Shown piece by piece: positions 26,034-41,537 of a stretch of 64,000 nt of DNA; position 1 is the stretch's first letter; the number at the start of each line of letters is the position of its first letter. The notes beneath the pieces are model-generated. The model was not told where the DNA came from, made no database searches, and saw only the letters and a program-made list of their open reading frames with translations. This stretch comes from Eledone cirrhosa. Taxonomy: Eukaryota. The stretch spans positions 112,654,001 to 112,718,000 of the forward strand of contig OZ024740.1 of the NCBI GenBank assembly GCA_964016885.1. The letters run 5' to 3'. Made by a program: the position numbers and the translations under genes.

Positions 26034-27947
26034 ACAAAATAAGATGCTGAGGTTACATATATCGTTTATATATATATAAAATTAACATGCAAGTGACTGA
26101 ATATTTCACAGGCACTTATATCGTCAACGTAGTTTTCGGAGAGACGGGGAGATTCCGTGTGATACAATGTGTAACAAGGCCGGACATTTGAATCACAGTT
26201 ATAACTCAGTTTTGCCAACTGAGCGGGACTAGAGCAATGTGAAATAAAATGCTTCGCTCAAGGATACAACAGGCCGTCGAGAATTGAACTCGTGAGCCGA
26301 TAAACCTAACAATATATCTGGTAACTTCACAGATAAATCAACAAAATAAAACACATGAATATTTATGTCTAACAGAGATAGAATGCCACAAACCTCGCGG
26401 GAGGATATAGTCAATTATTTTGGGTGTTATACTGGTTGCTTATAAGTGCTTAAATAACAACGTGAGAAAGAAAATGGCGAGATTTTAAAATAATATTATA
26501 ATTAAGTAACACGATAAGCAGGGTCGGTGGAACTAGGGGGGAGTGCCCCCCCCCCCATAATTATATATTTTCTCCCCAAACTATCAAAACAATCATCTAT
26601 TTGTATATGCGCTACAATTTATGTACATGTTATGTTTATCGCATATCGAATTGTTTTTATATCTTGGTTGATATTTGATAATAACAGTTAAACTAATCAC
26701 AACCACATTGACCAAATTTGCCACCAACCCTACAATTCAGAAATTCTTCCATCGCTCCCGATAAGGGTGGTAGGTTGGGAGAATTGTTAAAGCATCATTG
26801 TTTATTCCAGCTTTTGACATTCTACGTTCAAATATTGTCATGGTCAAGTCTGCCTTTACTCCTCCTGAGCTTGATAGAATAAAGTACCAGTCAAGTACTG
26901 TATGTTTGTATCTATGTATGTAAATTGACCCGTAGCTCATAGTGGAGTCGTAGGGGAGGGCCGCAGTGATGTACATCGTTTCTTTGATATTTTAAATCTG
27001 ACAAAGCCCATCCCATCTCCAGGTCGGACGGATAACAGTCGATTTCTTCCATGGAAGAAGAGTGTGAGGGATAGAGAAGAAGTGATGGGAGAAAGAGCTA
27101 TAAGGGAAAAAAATGACACAAATACAGGAATACGTTTTTATCGACCTCGAAAGGATGAAAGGCAAAGTTGACCTCGGCGGGATTTGAACTCAGAGCATAG
27201 AAAACCGAAAAGAGTACCGCAAAACACTATCAGATGTTCTAACGATTCTGTCATTTAGCCGCCTCATTGAATTATTGGGGTCGTTTTAATCGATTTCTCC
27301 ATTCCTTTAAATAGCTGGTCTTGTGCCTAAAAAAAAAAAAGATTTCTTTTTTCTGGTTTTAATTTTAATTTTTAAATGTATCGACATAGCAGATTTGTTT
27401 GGAATACATCAATAAATTATAGCCACTTTACCGTTAAGTAAATTAAATTGGTAAGCTTGCTAAGTTGATTCAACAACTGGGGTACTTAACGTCGAAACCG
27501 ACGAAGGTCTATACTAATCAACAATCAACACCAAACGGGATGAGGGACAAATGTTCCATCGATGAGTTTGAAAACTTCTAGCGTAAAAGGAGCTACATAT
27601 AAAAAACTAAATATATACATCAAGGCATTTTGCCCACTACTCTAAAAAGTCATAAATATTAATGTATAAACGTGGCTGTCATTGTCGGCATCCATGTTGT
27701 TATTGCTTGTATCAACAATTCTCATAAACTTTGTTTTTCTAAAATAAATAAAATAAGAAATAAAAGTATACGCGTTATCTTCTCTCATTTATTTTCAGTT
27801 GATTTTAGATGTGTCAGAATTTATTTTAATTTCTACATTTCTACTTGTCATCGTTCTATGGGACAACAATCTCACCATTTATGGATCTCACGAAACACTT
27901 TATTCACACGCACACATCTTACATGTTTAACTAATTAAGTCAAACAA

Positions 27948-28232
27948 GATGAGATGCAATTTGGTTTTGTACAAAGGAGGAGTACTAAAGATATTTTCTT
28001 CTTAGTGAGATAACTTCAAGAGTTTCTAGTTCAGAGTAAGCCTCTATATCTAGCTTTTGCTCATCTAGAAAAGGCATTTGACGTAGTAACCCTATCTGTC
28101 ATCTGTTGGTTCTTACGGAAAATAGGTGTAGAAGAATGTCTTGTGAGAGCAGTGCAAGCCATGTACAAAGAAGCCGTTAGAGTGAGAGTAGCAAATAAGT
28201 TTAGCAGATACAGGTAGGAGTGCACCAGGCTC
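27948..28232 (+). mobile_element. RTE reverse-transcriptase fragment
   Basis: DEMQFGFVQRRSTKDIFFLVR*LQE..KPLYLAFAHLEKAFDVV..LRKIGVEE..VRAVQAMY..VGVHQ. Confidence 0.88.
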
Positions 28233-28275
28233 GATTCACACACTCACACACATATATATGTATATGCATATATTT

Positions 28276-28308
<33 letters not shown>

Positions 28309-29454
28309 ATTAAGGTGTTCGCTTCAACAGATTTGTATACATATGATTATGTATTTTGTATATCTAATGATATAAGGGATGTTTACGAATAAACATTTGA
28401 AAGCCTTTAGCTATGAATTTTGGAGGCGTCATCTAGCGAATTCCAGAAGGAAGGGAGGGAAACTAGTGGCGATCGTGTCTGACTGATGGTCGTTTTCATG
28501 GCAGTTCTCCTCTTTTCTTGCTTTCTGCTGGAATCCAATATAGGCGAAAATATATAGTTTTGAAGCCTATGTAAATGGGCTGATTAGCCTAATTTGCATA
28601 TAGAGCTGTCGGTCGGCTCACCCTGAAAACAAAATTAAGGTCTTCGCTACAACATAGCCATATACAAGGGTAGTTTCAGTTGCTATCAAAAGGGATTTTG
28701 CGTGATTTTGCCCATTTCATATAGAAGTTTATTGATGTGAGCCATGGCCCAGTACATTCGAGGTTTGTTCTGAGTTAACACAAATAAAATTTGTTTCTCG
28801 AATGCATAACGTTTGTTGGACGCCCGTCAGTTCCAATGATGAGTGTTTCAGTTGTACGATAAATGGAGCAGGTAGCTTGGGGAAATCAACGTGCAAATAA
28901 CTAAACATTTTACAAACACGTGCACCGTTAACGTCGTCCTCGGGGAGATTCAGCATAACAAAGCTAACTCTTTGAAATATTAGCACAACTCATTTTTGTG
29001 AGCTGAGTGGACTGGGCTACGTTGAATTATATTTTTTGCTCCACAACACATCGAAATACTAAACTCACGACTATACGATCGTGAGCCGAACTCTCTAACT
29101 ATTAAGTCATACGCCTCCACCCGAAGGCATAATGTATAATGCTTGAACCACATAGATCTAGATTGTTAAAAAAACTCATACTAACCCTAACAGGTATATA
29201 TGCAATGAATGCGGTGAATCGGACGAGATATTTTGGTTTTTTCTTTATTTCTAGATCTATTGTCAACGATTCCTTCCTTTTCAATCCAATGTATATTTAG
29301 AAATATATTTGTTTTGTTTCATTTGCATGTCAATATTACGGAAGATACGACTTCGACATTTTTTCTCTCGTTATTCTGATAGCGGAAGTAACGCTCTTAT
29401 AATGCCCATAATTTATAACCGATTACAGACTTCCTGTCTCCCTCCACTTCAGCC

Positions 29455-29501
<47 letters not shown>

Positions 29502-31557
29502 TTCTACCCCTTTCTCTCTGTATGCACATACTCTCTATCTTACATACTTGTATAACTATATATGTACACACAGACGCATATATATATATACGTACATACA
29601 CACACACACATATATATATTTACATATACGTATATCCTACATGTACATACCTACATGCATACATACATACGTGCATACATACATACATACATACATACAT
29701 ACATACATACATACATACATACATACATACATACATACATACATACAAGGGTTAATTTGGTGGCTGACGTCTTTCAGATGGTTTACGATAATGTGACCTG
29801 TTACTTCTAACTGGCTGGAATAATTACACTAAGGTGTCAACAAAGAGCACATGAGTTCGATTTCTGCCATCGTCTCATTTTATATTGATATTGATGCTGG
29901 ATTTTATATCTGCAAAACAAAAAACACAAAAAAAAAATGATTAGCGTTAACACATTATTTAACACGTGGCTTAGTGGATAGAGATTTGGATACGTAATCG
30001 TGAGGCTGCGAGTTATATTCCCGGACCTGGTTATGCGTTGTGACCTTGAGCAAGACACTTTATTTCCTGTTGCTCCTTTTGCCAGGAGTTGCGACCGGTA
30101 GATATTATCAGGTATCAGCAATGGAAAGACCAATGGAGACAGTGTTTCCTTGGTCTGATTTAACTCTGTAAGCAAATGGGGTCTGGGATCTAGTCGATTC
30201 GATCCGTCGATCATTATCAAACCCTTTCAATACCATATTTATAATGAAAGGCACTTCCTATGGTTTTCAAAACATTTTGAAAATAATCAACAATTTAGAT
30301 GGATTTAGTAATATAACTAACTTTCTCAGTATTAGCAAAGGTTCTTACATAAAATTACGATGGAATTATTTTGAGATAAATATGAATATATAATTTTATT
30401 TTTATCAAAAGGTTTAAGAAAGGTGACATGAAAAATATTAACATTCTATATGGAAATGATTATTTATATATAGATATTTTATCATAGCACATATAATTCT
30501 AACTGTATATACACTATGATAAATAAATGAAGCTATAATAGTAAACAAACATTGATAGAAATAAATTGGACATCCTAGTGTGATTATTTTCTGACAATAC
30601 CAACTGGATATTCAAGCAATCAAGCAAAAGGTTTAACGCAGCAAAAATACAAAGTTTCATAAGATGCCAGTAGAGGAATATGTTGGATAAGGTTCGTATG
30701 CATCTCCTGCCAAATCCAGCGTTACCATTAAGGCAAACTAGGCAGTTGCCTAGGGCAAACATCTCAAGGAAATGTATTATTGAACCTCAAAGGATCAGTT
30801 TTATACAAGTTGATATAATTAACTTAAATATATAATAATTTCCAGCGATCAATAAATAAATCGCTAAACATTTTTGCCGCGTAGCACGGTTGGTTGTCGA
30901 AATTTCCAAACCTGTGAAAAGAGTCGTATGGTATTATGATCTGTAAAATAATTTGGAATAGATGTGGAGTGTGTAGTGGAAAATATAAACTTAGTCATTT
31001 TCTTAGTATGGTCAGAACAAGAAGTATTAAAAACTCTGTTCTTACCAAACTATAAGTTTTATTTGAGAGAATGGTGTGTATAAATAGGAGAAGAAGGCGT
31101 ACAATGAAGAGATAACCTAAGTCATTAAATACCTAGCCACCGGCTTTGGTCCCAAGTCAGTCTTCATCAAGCAGACCTATGGTCAAAGATGTTCCAACCG
31201 TGACCATCTTGTCATATTTTCGGTCATCGTAAACCTAGAACTATATTATAAAAGTTGGATTGCTTAATTCCAGCAACCTTGGGACCAGGCCATTTCCCTA
31301 CCACGAAAAAATTCCAGGAAACAGATATTGACCTTATGGGAGTCTCTCTGTAAACATCTCGCCATTTCATTCCATGTATATTATTGAGGGGGCACTAACT
31401 GTAATGTCTATATATTCGTCTGTCTGTTTGCCTGAATGTATTTCTCAATGTGGCTGTCTATATATATGTTATTATTTATATATGTATTTATGTCTTTCTG
31501 TCTGTTTGCATCTACCTACAAATCTGTCTATCTCTGTACACACACACACACACACAC

Positions 31558-31593
<36 letters not shown>

Positions 31594-32139
31594 ACACACA
31601 CACACACATATATCTATATATATATATAAAGTATGTGTATTTCTCTCTCTCTCTCTCGCTTTCTCTCTTTCTCCTTCTCTTTATATAAATGCTCTTAAAA
31701 TTATAGAACCACTTCTATGCTTCTTGCTTTTGTCTGTATATTTGTCTTTCTATTTATCTATCTATCTGCCTCTTTCTCAATCTCTCACTTTCACTTTGTT
31801 TCCCCCCTCTCTCTCTCTGTCTCCCTCTCTCTCTTAACACTACAGAACCCCTTTCCTCCCACTACTACTTCCTCCAGTATCTCTATATTACCAACATCAG
31901 TGACCTATTTACTGTCTGTAAAGAGGTCAAGCTGAAATAAATGTCTCCTCCTATGAGGTGAAAACTTGAAATAACAATAAGAATGTTTCTATTGAAAACA
32001 ATATTACGTTCCGCGTTCAATTCCCACCTGGGTCTATCCAGGAGGCCGGAGGGTGTATTAAATATGGAGCAGTCAAGTACTGGGTTTCGTTGTAATCGTC
32101 TTCTATAACTCTGGTCTACACTGTATACAAATCACATGA

Positions 32140-32960
32140 CTAATCCTCAATACTTACATTCAGGGTGTATAATAGCAGGGCAGTTTAACCAGTAGATAGA
32201 CTTAAGGCCCGGAGAACATAGGAGGGATACGGGGTTATCTGGTTCATCCCTTAAAAACCGTCTCAGCTCCGTGAATTGTATTAAGAGCTCTTCTTCATAC
32301 CTGGGGCCCCGAAAGCAGTCTTGTACTTCGCAGTGCAAAATTTCAGTTGGAATGCCTTTTTACGTACTCCATTGAAACAAAGCAGAGTCATTCAACTCTT
32401 GTCTTAGCTGATGTTAGGAAGACCCAGGTCACATTCTTTCATTGCAATTACAGGTTTATTCTATTCCTTCCCATTATAAATGGTCATCAATACTTTTTCA
32501 TTCACGCACCATATTAACATTAGCAAGCTTTTAACACCTCAATAATTCTATAGTCCTAAACAAGTGTTTGGTGATCTGGTAATTCATAATCACGCTAATA
32601 GTTGAGCATCTGGTAGTTCGTCTGATATATTCAGAGTTTATACAATTCTTTCCCATTTTAGATTCCTTCTCAATTCCTCTCTTGGCTAAAATTCCTACTC
32701 TGGAATAGAAGTACCTTCCGTTTAAGAATCACTGCGTTAAGCAAACTAGGATCGCTCCAAGTTGAACAGTATACTGGCGAGTAGTGGAAAAACCATGGAA
32801 GAACTTGGACGATGGGGTGGCGTGTAGGGGTGGAGTGGTTGTCCATAATATACAGCCCTTATTTTTATTATGTTAAGGGCTTTAACAAAGGTGCTACTTA
32901 AGAAGATGGTATTTGCCCTTCAGGATATCCCTTTGCCCTGAACCGGTTCCTGGGTATTTA
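32140..32960 (-). mobile_element. Possible highly decayed LINE 3' region
   Basis: Only scattered motifs: FRGPR, LRRFLRDEPDNP, KALNIIK. Confidence 0.3.
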
Positions 32961-33847
32961 GTGTCATAGGCTAGTGCGCCACTTTCTCTAATATATGCTC
33001 TCATTTAACTAAATGAAATAATTTCAATTTACAGTTTGGCGAGGTGACGAAACTAGTTTGTGTACTTGTTGCTCTGATAACCCTAAGAAAATGATGAAGT
33101 CTGTATTTTCTACTACACAGTCCACACGCATCAACATCGAATCATGTTACAAGTCATAACACGATCGTAACTCTCTCCAAAACCTTGAATATTTCCCCGA
33201 TGCTGCTATGTTTAGTGCAGGAAATTATTATATATTAAATTTCATTTTTATAAAAATGATTCTTTGAGGTATATTAAGGCATCTCTCCGTAATCTGCACC
33301 CAAAGTGACTGCCTTGTTTGCATTAATGGTATCTCCGGCTCTGCTTCATCAGACTCTTGTTATACATGGTAGAGAGGGTGAGGTGGAGATCCGTATTTGG
33401 GGGAGTAGATAGGTAGGCGCCTGATAAATTTTGATCAGTTGAAAGCTTTTGAAAGGTTTTCGATTATGCTGTACATTCTTTTTGTATTACACACGAGCAC
33501 GCACGTAAACATACACATATATAAAATATATACTCTATAACAGTCGTAAAGCTTCACAAGTGACTCAAGAGCCTGAAGTTTCATGTTTAAAGGCACGTAT
33601 TCAACACACACACACACACATACACACACACACACACACACACAGATATATATATGTATGTGTGGGTGTGTGTGTGTCTCTGTATGTGGGTGTGTGTTTG
33701 TGTTTGTGTGCTTGTATATATGTTCAAGTTGTGTATACATTTGTATGAAATGTGGGGGTAGATTCATATAGAGTCAATATATGTATATAAAGTGCGAGTG
33801 TATGTACCCATCTACACGTCGATAAATATATATATATATATATATAT

Positions 33848-33880
<33 letters not shown>

Positions 33881-34237
33881 TATATAGATATATATAGATA
33901 GATAGATATATCAACGTTTCTCTTTTCCTTCTCCTCCTAAGCAATGTATAGCAGCTGTGAGGATAAGGCAAACAAGATAAAATAAAATAAAAAAAAACCT
34001 ACCTAATAGATGAATAAGAAAGAAGAGAAAATATATATTATAAAAACCTTCTCGCTGTTTTCCCTTGCCCCCCCCCCCCTCTCCCCGATGAATTGGCCGT
34101 GATATGGTAAAATCTAATTTTGGAAGCAAAAGGAAACAGAATCGTTACCACATGATACATACATACACATACACACATAAATACATACCTATATAAATGC
34201 ATACATACATATATGTATATATATATATATATATATA

Positions 34238-34305
<68 letters not shown>

Positions 34306-34323
34306 AACACACACACACACACG

Positions 34324-34418
<95 letters not shown>

Positions 34419-34829
34419 AGAGTAAGAGGATAAATATCCCAGAAAAAGAGAAAAAGAGAAAAAGAAGCGGAAAGACAGAGAAAAACAAAGGATTGACAGT
34501 GAGGGAGAGAGGATACGTACTAGGCCTTATGTTTTACATAATAATATCTGGCATCGCACATCTACGTACGAGAAACTTGCCACACACACACATGCTTGCC
34601 CTCATGGGGAAACTCACAGGCTTTTTGTAAAATTAAAAAGCGATCTGTGATTAAATAAACAACAGATACGAATTCATTCTTTTTCACCTATATATAGATT
34701 CTGTGTTCCACATGGAAGTGGAAAAACCAGTGATCGTGGACTGTTTCAGGATATTGCTCATGGCATCCAGAAAAGGAAGCGTCAAAACTGGTCCTGTTGT
34801 ATAAACGGCGAGGTATGGCAAAAGTGTGG

Positions 34830-35075
34830 AGCATGTCATGTTACATAGAATGATAGTGACCTGGAATCTAACTAGGTACTAAAGATATCATTGATAGACA
34901 TAGAAGTGTGGTGGGTGTCATGTCACATATATTGACAACCTAGCCTGGAATCTAACTAGGAATTAAAGATAACAATGATAGTCGGAGATAATTGGTGGAC
35001 GTCATGTCACATACATTGTTAATATAAAGCAAGAGTCTATCCAGGAACTGAAGATGGTAATCATGGGCAGAGAAG
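34830..35075. repeat. Three degenerate ~84-bp tandem repeats
   Basis: ctggaatctaactagg at 34861 and 34945, with a variant at ~35030; gtcatgtcacata repeated. Confidence 0.75.
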
Positions 35076-35185
35076 TTTCCTTGGCTCTAGCAGGAGCCAG
35101 GATTAACTAACTATTCTTTAATACTATAGCCAACAATCCGTGCTCTTTGCTGGGGTATTTTTTTTAAACATTATTTTTTTCGGTC

Positions 35186-35420
35186 GGTGGATTGGCAGTA
35201 TCGGTAGAGGGTCGGACATTATTTTTTTCAGGGCGGTGGATTGGCAGTATCGGTAGAGGGTCGGACGCCATGCTTTCCAGCATAGTTACGTCCCTTTACG
35301 ATCTGAGTTCAAATCCCGCCGAGGTTGACTTTGCCTTTCATCCTTGCGGGGTCGATAAAATAAAGTACCAGTAATGTATTGGATAATTGCTGGCCTTGTG
35401 CCAAAGGTAGAAACAATTAT
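35186..35420 (+). mobile_element. SINE family 2 with duplicated 5' ~30 nt
   Basis: ggattggcagtatcggtagagggtcggac occurs at ~35189 and ~35238. Confidence 0.88.
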
Positions 35421-35759
35421 TTTTTTCGGTCAGTTATAATCCCCGAAAAAAAAAAGTATTAATTTTCTTTGGTGAGAAAATCTACTGATCTGCTGTCCTA
35501 GATTTCGAAAAGACCACCCCCCAATACAAAATGGAATATTCTTAAGTGCTACTCCCAATGTATGCCATTTACAAGTGTAATAGCTCTGACCTTTGTACCC
35601 GTTGTCACATATGCAGCTTTCAAAAATAGCTTTAGTTCAACAGTTACGAACATATGAATCATCCGGCATGTTTTGCTTGTAAATTCCTTGTTTTTTTAAC
35701 CGATTAAAAAACAACAAAATCTAGACCTTTATTTTGAATCTACATACTCTATGGAGTTC

Positions 35760-36070
35760 ATTTCCTAATCATTAGGTCTCGGGTTTGATTCCATTGCGTG
35801 GCATCTTTGGAAAGTGTCATTTACCATGGCTTCCTGTCGCTCAATACCTTGTGAGTTGAAATTGGGTAGACAGAAACTGTTTGGAAGCCCATCCAAATAA
35901 CTGTATATGTAATTCAAATGGTCAGCCTGGTTACACATTGTATCAGAGAATTACGTTAAAGGTGCATGTATCTGTGGAATACTCGACTCCTTGCATGTTC
36001 ATTTCATTAGCATGCCGCTCCGTTGATCGTACAACTATAACATTCATCATTAAAAGCGATGGAAGACCAT
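35760..36070 (+). mobile_element. tRNA-derived SINE, family 3 (degraded)
   Basis: tgcgtggcatctttgg..cttgtgagt..gtagacagaaactg..gaagccc; relatives 54903-55230 and 63900-64000. Confidence 0.65.
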
Positions 36071-37718
36071 TCTATTCCACTGACATGTACAACATGCATT
36101 TTTAGTACCAAACTGCCTGAAACTAATTCTAATTTTTTTATATTACGCTGCTTATTTTAGAGTATTTATATTTAACTAAAACGTTCCATCATAATTTTAA
36201 GTAAGAACCTTTGTTAAGTTTCAAATACCAGCTTAACGATTTATAAGTTAATTATATTATTAAATCCCTCAGAATTCTTCATTATTTTCATGGTAACGAA
36301 AGGGTTAAACATGATAAAACGCATAACATTTTTATTGGGTAATGTAACCTAATTAAAGATCTGAAAAAAACAAAACAACAAAAAAAACGACTGTGGCTAA
36401 TTTGCATATCTTAGGTTTCAATATATAATTAGCTAATTTACTTATTAGTTATATATTGTAAAGCTACAGCTGTGACATAAGTAACTAGCATACCAAGTGT
36501 ATTTCGATGTTATACATGCAGAACTTGAAATATTTCATTTTCATTTAACCCTGTACAGCATGAATCCATATTATCAAGACATTTTAGTAAAATACCAAAC
36601 ACACCGTGACTGCAACATATAACAAATTGAAGTCTTTGATGTAAATATTCTCAAAGATCAGTTCACTAATAAAAACACTACAGACATCTGAATTAACCAA
36701 TTGTTTTTAGATATTCGTGGCTGAATCATTTCAGGATACAAAAGAATTAAACAATTATCTAAACTTTTCGACAACCTTTATAAAGTCTAAGTAAATACTG
36801 CAAATTTCCACAACGACTTCTCCCTTAGTAAAACTACTATAACTATCTGAAATAACAAACGTGTATTTAGATATTTTTTGCTGAAACATTACGGAATACA
36901 AATAATTAAAGATTTTAATTATCTAAGCTTTTCGACCATCTCTATATTTGTGGGATGAAATATCAGCTTACAACAGAGTGAGACCCGCTAAAATTGTCCA
37001 AGATCTTTTTAATAGTGTTAAAACCAGCCAAAGGATTAGGTCTATTTACCACAGATATGTCAACTCTCCGCGTCCGACGGAGAGATATCCCACCAACATT
37101 GGGGTGAGTGAGAGATGTCTTCTCTTGTGAAAATGGGTATTGCTTTCATTATGTAATATCTCCCCATTTTGCCTCATTTCTCCTAGTTGTGGGGCACTTT
37201 TTTTCATTTTACTCCCCGTTTGGGTTTTTAGAGTTTGGCAGGTCTGGTACCAAGAACGCAGAACGCAAAGAGCTTCCACATATACCGTAAGGCATATTAC
37301 CCGACATTATAACATTTTTCTAATCTATCATTCTAGACAGCCACTTTTTATATTATCGATCCGGAAACGATGAAATATGTAGTTGACCTTGTTGAGATTC
37401 GACCTCATAACGCAGAGCACAGCAACAAATATCGCAAGGAATTTAGATGTTTAAGTGTATACATACACACACGCGCGTGAATGCACAATTATGCGCGCTC
37501 ATCGCGGTGATCCTCAACGGAACACCGATGACAATGGGATCTGTCCGTTTGTCTTGTTTTGCTGTTTTACCAAAGTCTATTCACATGACGTATGCTCAGA
37601 TTTATATAAGGACTAGCGTCTTAAACGTTAAGACACTCTACCTGCTATATCAAGCGTTAACCTAATATATCCCTTCCATATACTGTACCGATTGTGTTGT
37701 TATTTCTGTTTACCTTTT

Positions 37719-37847
<129 letters not shown>

Positions 37848-38082
37848 GTATAGAAATGGCTTCTACAGTACTAGAACTGTTTCATTCGGGAGAAATCATC
37901 AGGAAGCCCGAATGAAACAGTTCTAGTCCTGTAGAAGCCATTTCTATTTTAAATATTTATACTCTGTTTTGTATTGAGTACCTTACTTACTATGCTTACC
38001 CCCGATTGAACCCGGGATAAACTTACATATAAATATATAATTTGCCATTAGTCAATGCAGGCTTCTCTTTGATACCTATCTA

Positions 38083-38198
<116 letters not shown>

Positions 38199-38610
38199 TG
38201 TGTGTGTGTGTGTGTGTGTGTATGTGTCTGTGTTTGTCCCAGAAAGGCCTTCCTTATCATGACTAAAACGCAGAACACAGACAAACAGACATGCGCACAT
38301 CTATACGCACTCACACATATTACGATGTGTAGACTACAAGCTGAAACATTACTCGCCGCCGCAAGACATTCCAATCTCAGACGTCAGGCAGTTCAAACAT
38401 GCTAGTCACGTGACAGTTAATGACCCAAACAACAACGAAATACAGGCATTTGAGAATAGTAGTAGAGTCGTCTTTGAGAATCCGAATGAAACATCTTGGA
38501 GTTGACTTCACTGATAAATGCTTCGAAATTGATAACACATGTACACATTATTATACTAGCGCTTTCGTAGCTAGCTTTACACACATGTAAACATAAATAC
38601 ACATATACAC

Positions 38611-38660
<50 letters not shown>

Positions 38661-38664
38661 CATG

Positions 38665-38726
<62 letters not shown>

Positions 38727-38787
38727 CGGTAAATAACAAAACAAACAGCACAGTACATGAAATAAATATATTAGTTTAACGCTTGAG

Positions 38788-38823
38788 TCTTAAAGTTTCG
38801 GACACTAGACCTTCATCAGAAGA
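38788..38823 (-). ncRNA. Minimal hammerhead motif (family D, mutated)
   Basis: Minus strand tctt-CTGATGA-aggtc-tagt-gtcc-GAAActtt-aaga. Confidence 0.6.
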
Positions 38824-38937
38824 TAGAGTTAGAAATAGAAGGTAATATAGAAAGTAAAGAGTGAGAAGAGGAAGAGACGGGGAAAAAAAATTGGGGAGAA
38901 AAAAAACATGTGCGTATTCTGTTGGCTGTCTTGGAGA

Positions 38938-38997
<60 letters not shown>

Positions 38998-39178
38998 AAA
39001 GAGTCAGGACCCCGACGCCTGAGCTCCGGCCGTTTCGACAGTTCGGATCTAGCTGTCGAAACGGCCGGAGTTCAGCCGTCGGGGTCCTGACTCTTTTCCT
39101 ATTACCCACTCTACTACCCTAAGTATCGAGTACTCTGGTGCGTTATGGTCCACCTGGTTCCTTACCACACTTCCTTCG

Positions 39179-39379
<201 letters not shown>

Positions 39380-39479
39380 GATAGCGATTAAAGTCGAAGT
39401 TGCAGCTAATGCAGTATCTCTCGAAAGAACAATCCTCAGAGCTGGCACAAACACTCGATAAGATGATATCGATAATTCA

Positions 39480-39639
<160 letters not shown>

Positions 39640-39882
39640 GTCTTAAGCCTTGATATATCTTAATGCACACTTATGTGTGTATGAATATATTTTATTCACT
39701 TTTTTATAATATATATATATATATATATGTTGTTATACTTTGGGAGGGCCATGTTGCCAATAAGAAACACACGCACCAGTTGCTTTCACTTCAATTTATT
39801 ATAAATTACATTTATAAATTTAGGAATTTATAAATTTCCGGTTGGTTGGTTGGTTCCACAACCAGACGATTGTTCATATATT

Positions 39883-39925
39883 GTCAAAGTTCTTTCGTCA
39901 CACATTCTGTGACCTCTTCAGTGAC
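39883..39925 (-). ncRNA. Minimal type I hammerhead motif
   Basis: Minus strand gtca-CTGAAGA-g-gtcac-agaatgt-gtgac-GAAA-gaac-TT-tgac, inside (TA)n-flanked element ~39729-40198; degenerate relative at ~48809-48850(+). Confidence 0.75.
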
Positions 39926-40237
39926 TGGGGATTCTTTTCTTTGTTTTTGTGCCTCTCCTTTGTTCTGTCCTACGCCATCTTATTTTTGTGTGTGTTGTGT
40001 GCTTAGTTTGCGCATGTGTTACATCCGGGTGTCTGCGTGTGTTTATATTTGTTTATTTATTTGTTTATTTACATGTTACTGGTTGGTTGTTTGTTCTATG
40101 TGTGTGTGTGTTTTCATTTTGTCCTTAATTGTAAGTTGTGATGTTGCTATTCCATTGGTTTCAACACACGTTTTCAGATAAAGAATCTTGCTAAACAATA
40201 TATATATATATATATAGATATATATATATATATATAT

Positions 40238-40730
40238 GAATAAAGTTAGTCCTTCATCAGTGATCTTCCAACCATCATTGGTATTTCATCGCTTTAAAGA
40301 CCATATACCTCCGGTTGGTGCGAGCAACGGCTAAAAAAAGTCGTTGGGACACGTAAATAAAGGGGACACGAGTGTAAATCACAGACTAGATCCCTTCTTC
40401 CTCCCGTCAGACCTGTACGGAATTCCTTCCTTGCTCACATTCCAACCAGGTTTGATGGCCTTTATTCTCTCTCGTTCACGATTTCACCGAATTTAAATTC
40501 ATAGAAATTTGGGACTTGACTCCTTCTTCCTCACTTTTCGTTGCTTCACCATTTTTGTTTGTTTACACTCTTTATTTACATGTCCCAACGACTTTTATTA
40601 GCCGTTGCTCGCACCAACCGGAGGTATATGGTCTTTAAAGCGATGAAATACCAATGATGGTTGGAAGATCACTGATGAAGGACTAACTTTATTCATATGT
40701 AACCCATTAGCAACCCCGCAGCACGTTTAT

Positions 40731-40735
<5 letters not shown>
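40238..40735. mobile_element. (TA)n-inserted element, family C, ~120-bp inverted arms
   Basis: Arms 40238-40358 and 40573-40695; relatives 8435-8632(-) and partial tandem 46451-47055(+). Confidence 0.8.
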
Positions 40736-40761
<26 letters not shown>

Positions 40762-41004
40762 CAAAAGTTATATTTAATTTGTTGGGATTCAAGAAGCTTA
40801 AAAGTTTTATAACTGATATAAAGCACTCAACAGTTACTGGAGTAAATATTCAATATATTAATAAATGGAAACTATATTTATAAAACCATAATTATTTTAT
40901 TATACATATATTTCAAGGGCAACCAAGGCAAATTTTGGGTAGAGAACCTTAACCGTCAAGGTGGTTTTTCCGCGGGTATGTCAACATTTATAAAACAAAT
41001 TTTG

Positions 41005-41070
41005 TATTTTATCTGATGAAAGCGCACCAAAATTTGCCTTGGTTGCCCTTGAAATATATATAATAAAATA
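41005..41070 (+). ncRNA. Minimal type I hammerhead motif (family A variant)
   Basis: tattttat-CTGATGA-stem II-GAAA-tatata-TA-ataaaata; perfect 8-bp stem I. Confidence 0.78.
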
Positions 41071-41537
41071 AATATGGTTTTATAAATATAGTTTCCATTT
41101 ATTAATATATAGTATATATATGGGCGGTGGATTGGCAGTATCGGTAGAGGGTCGGACGCCATGCTTTCCAGCATAGTTACATTCCTTTACGATCTGAGTT
41201 CAAATCCCGCCGAGGTTGACTTTGCCTTTCATCCTTACGGGGTCGATAAAATAAAGTACCAGTAATGCACTGGATAATTGCTGGCCTTGTACCTAAAGTA
41301 GAAACAATTAATATATAGTATATATATATATATATATATATATATACAAGTGGAAGCTTAGTCAAATCGAAGCTTTGGCCGTGGGCAAGCAAAGTCGACC
41401 TACAATATGAATGAGTTAGCAAATCACTCAATAAGAGTAGGTCCTTAGAGTAATAACATACGTTTAAATAGCTTGACAAACTGAACATTGTGGTAGGCAA
41501 AACCAAAGTAACGAAAAAACTAACAGATATATATATA

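Noticed and set aside
34830-35075. 84-bp period suggesting C2H2 zinc-finger repeats
   Set aside because: Plus-strand frames contain stops, and I saw no CxxC..HxxxH or TGEKP pattern on either strand.
37055-37110. Possible 49-bp exon (cag|...|gtgagt)
   Set aside because: Weak pyrimidine tract, no recognisable peptide and no partner exons.
38380-38420. CRE-like gacgtca and gtcacgtgac E-box as a promoter
   Set aside because: Short motifs expected by chance; no associated gene.
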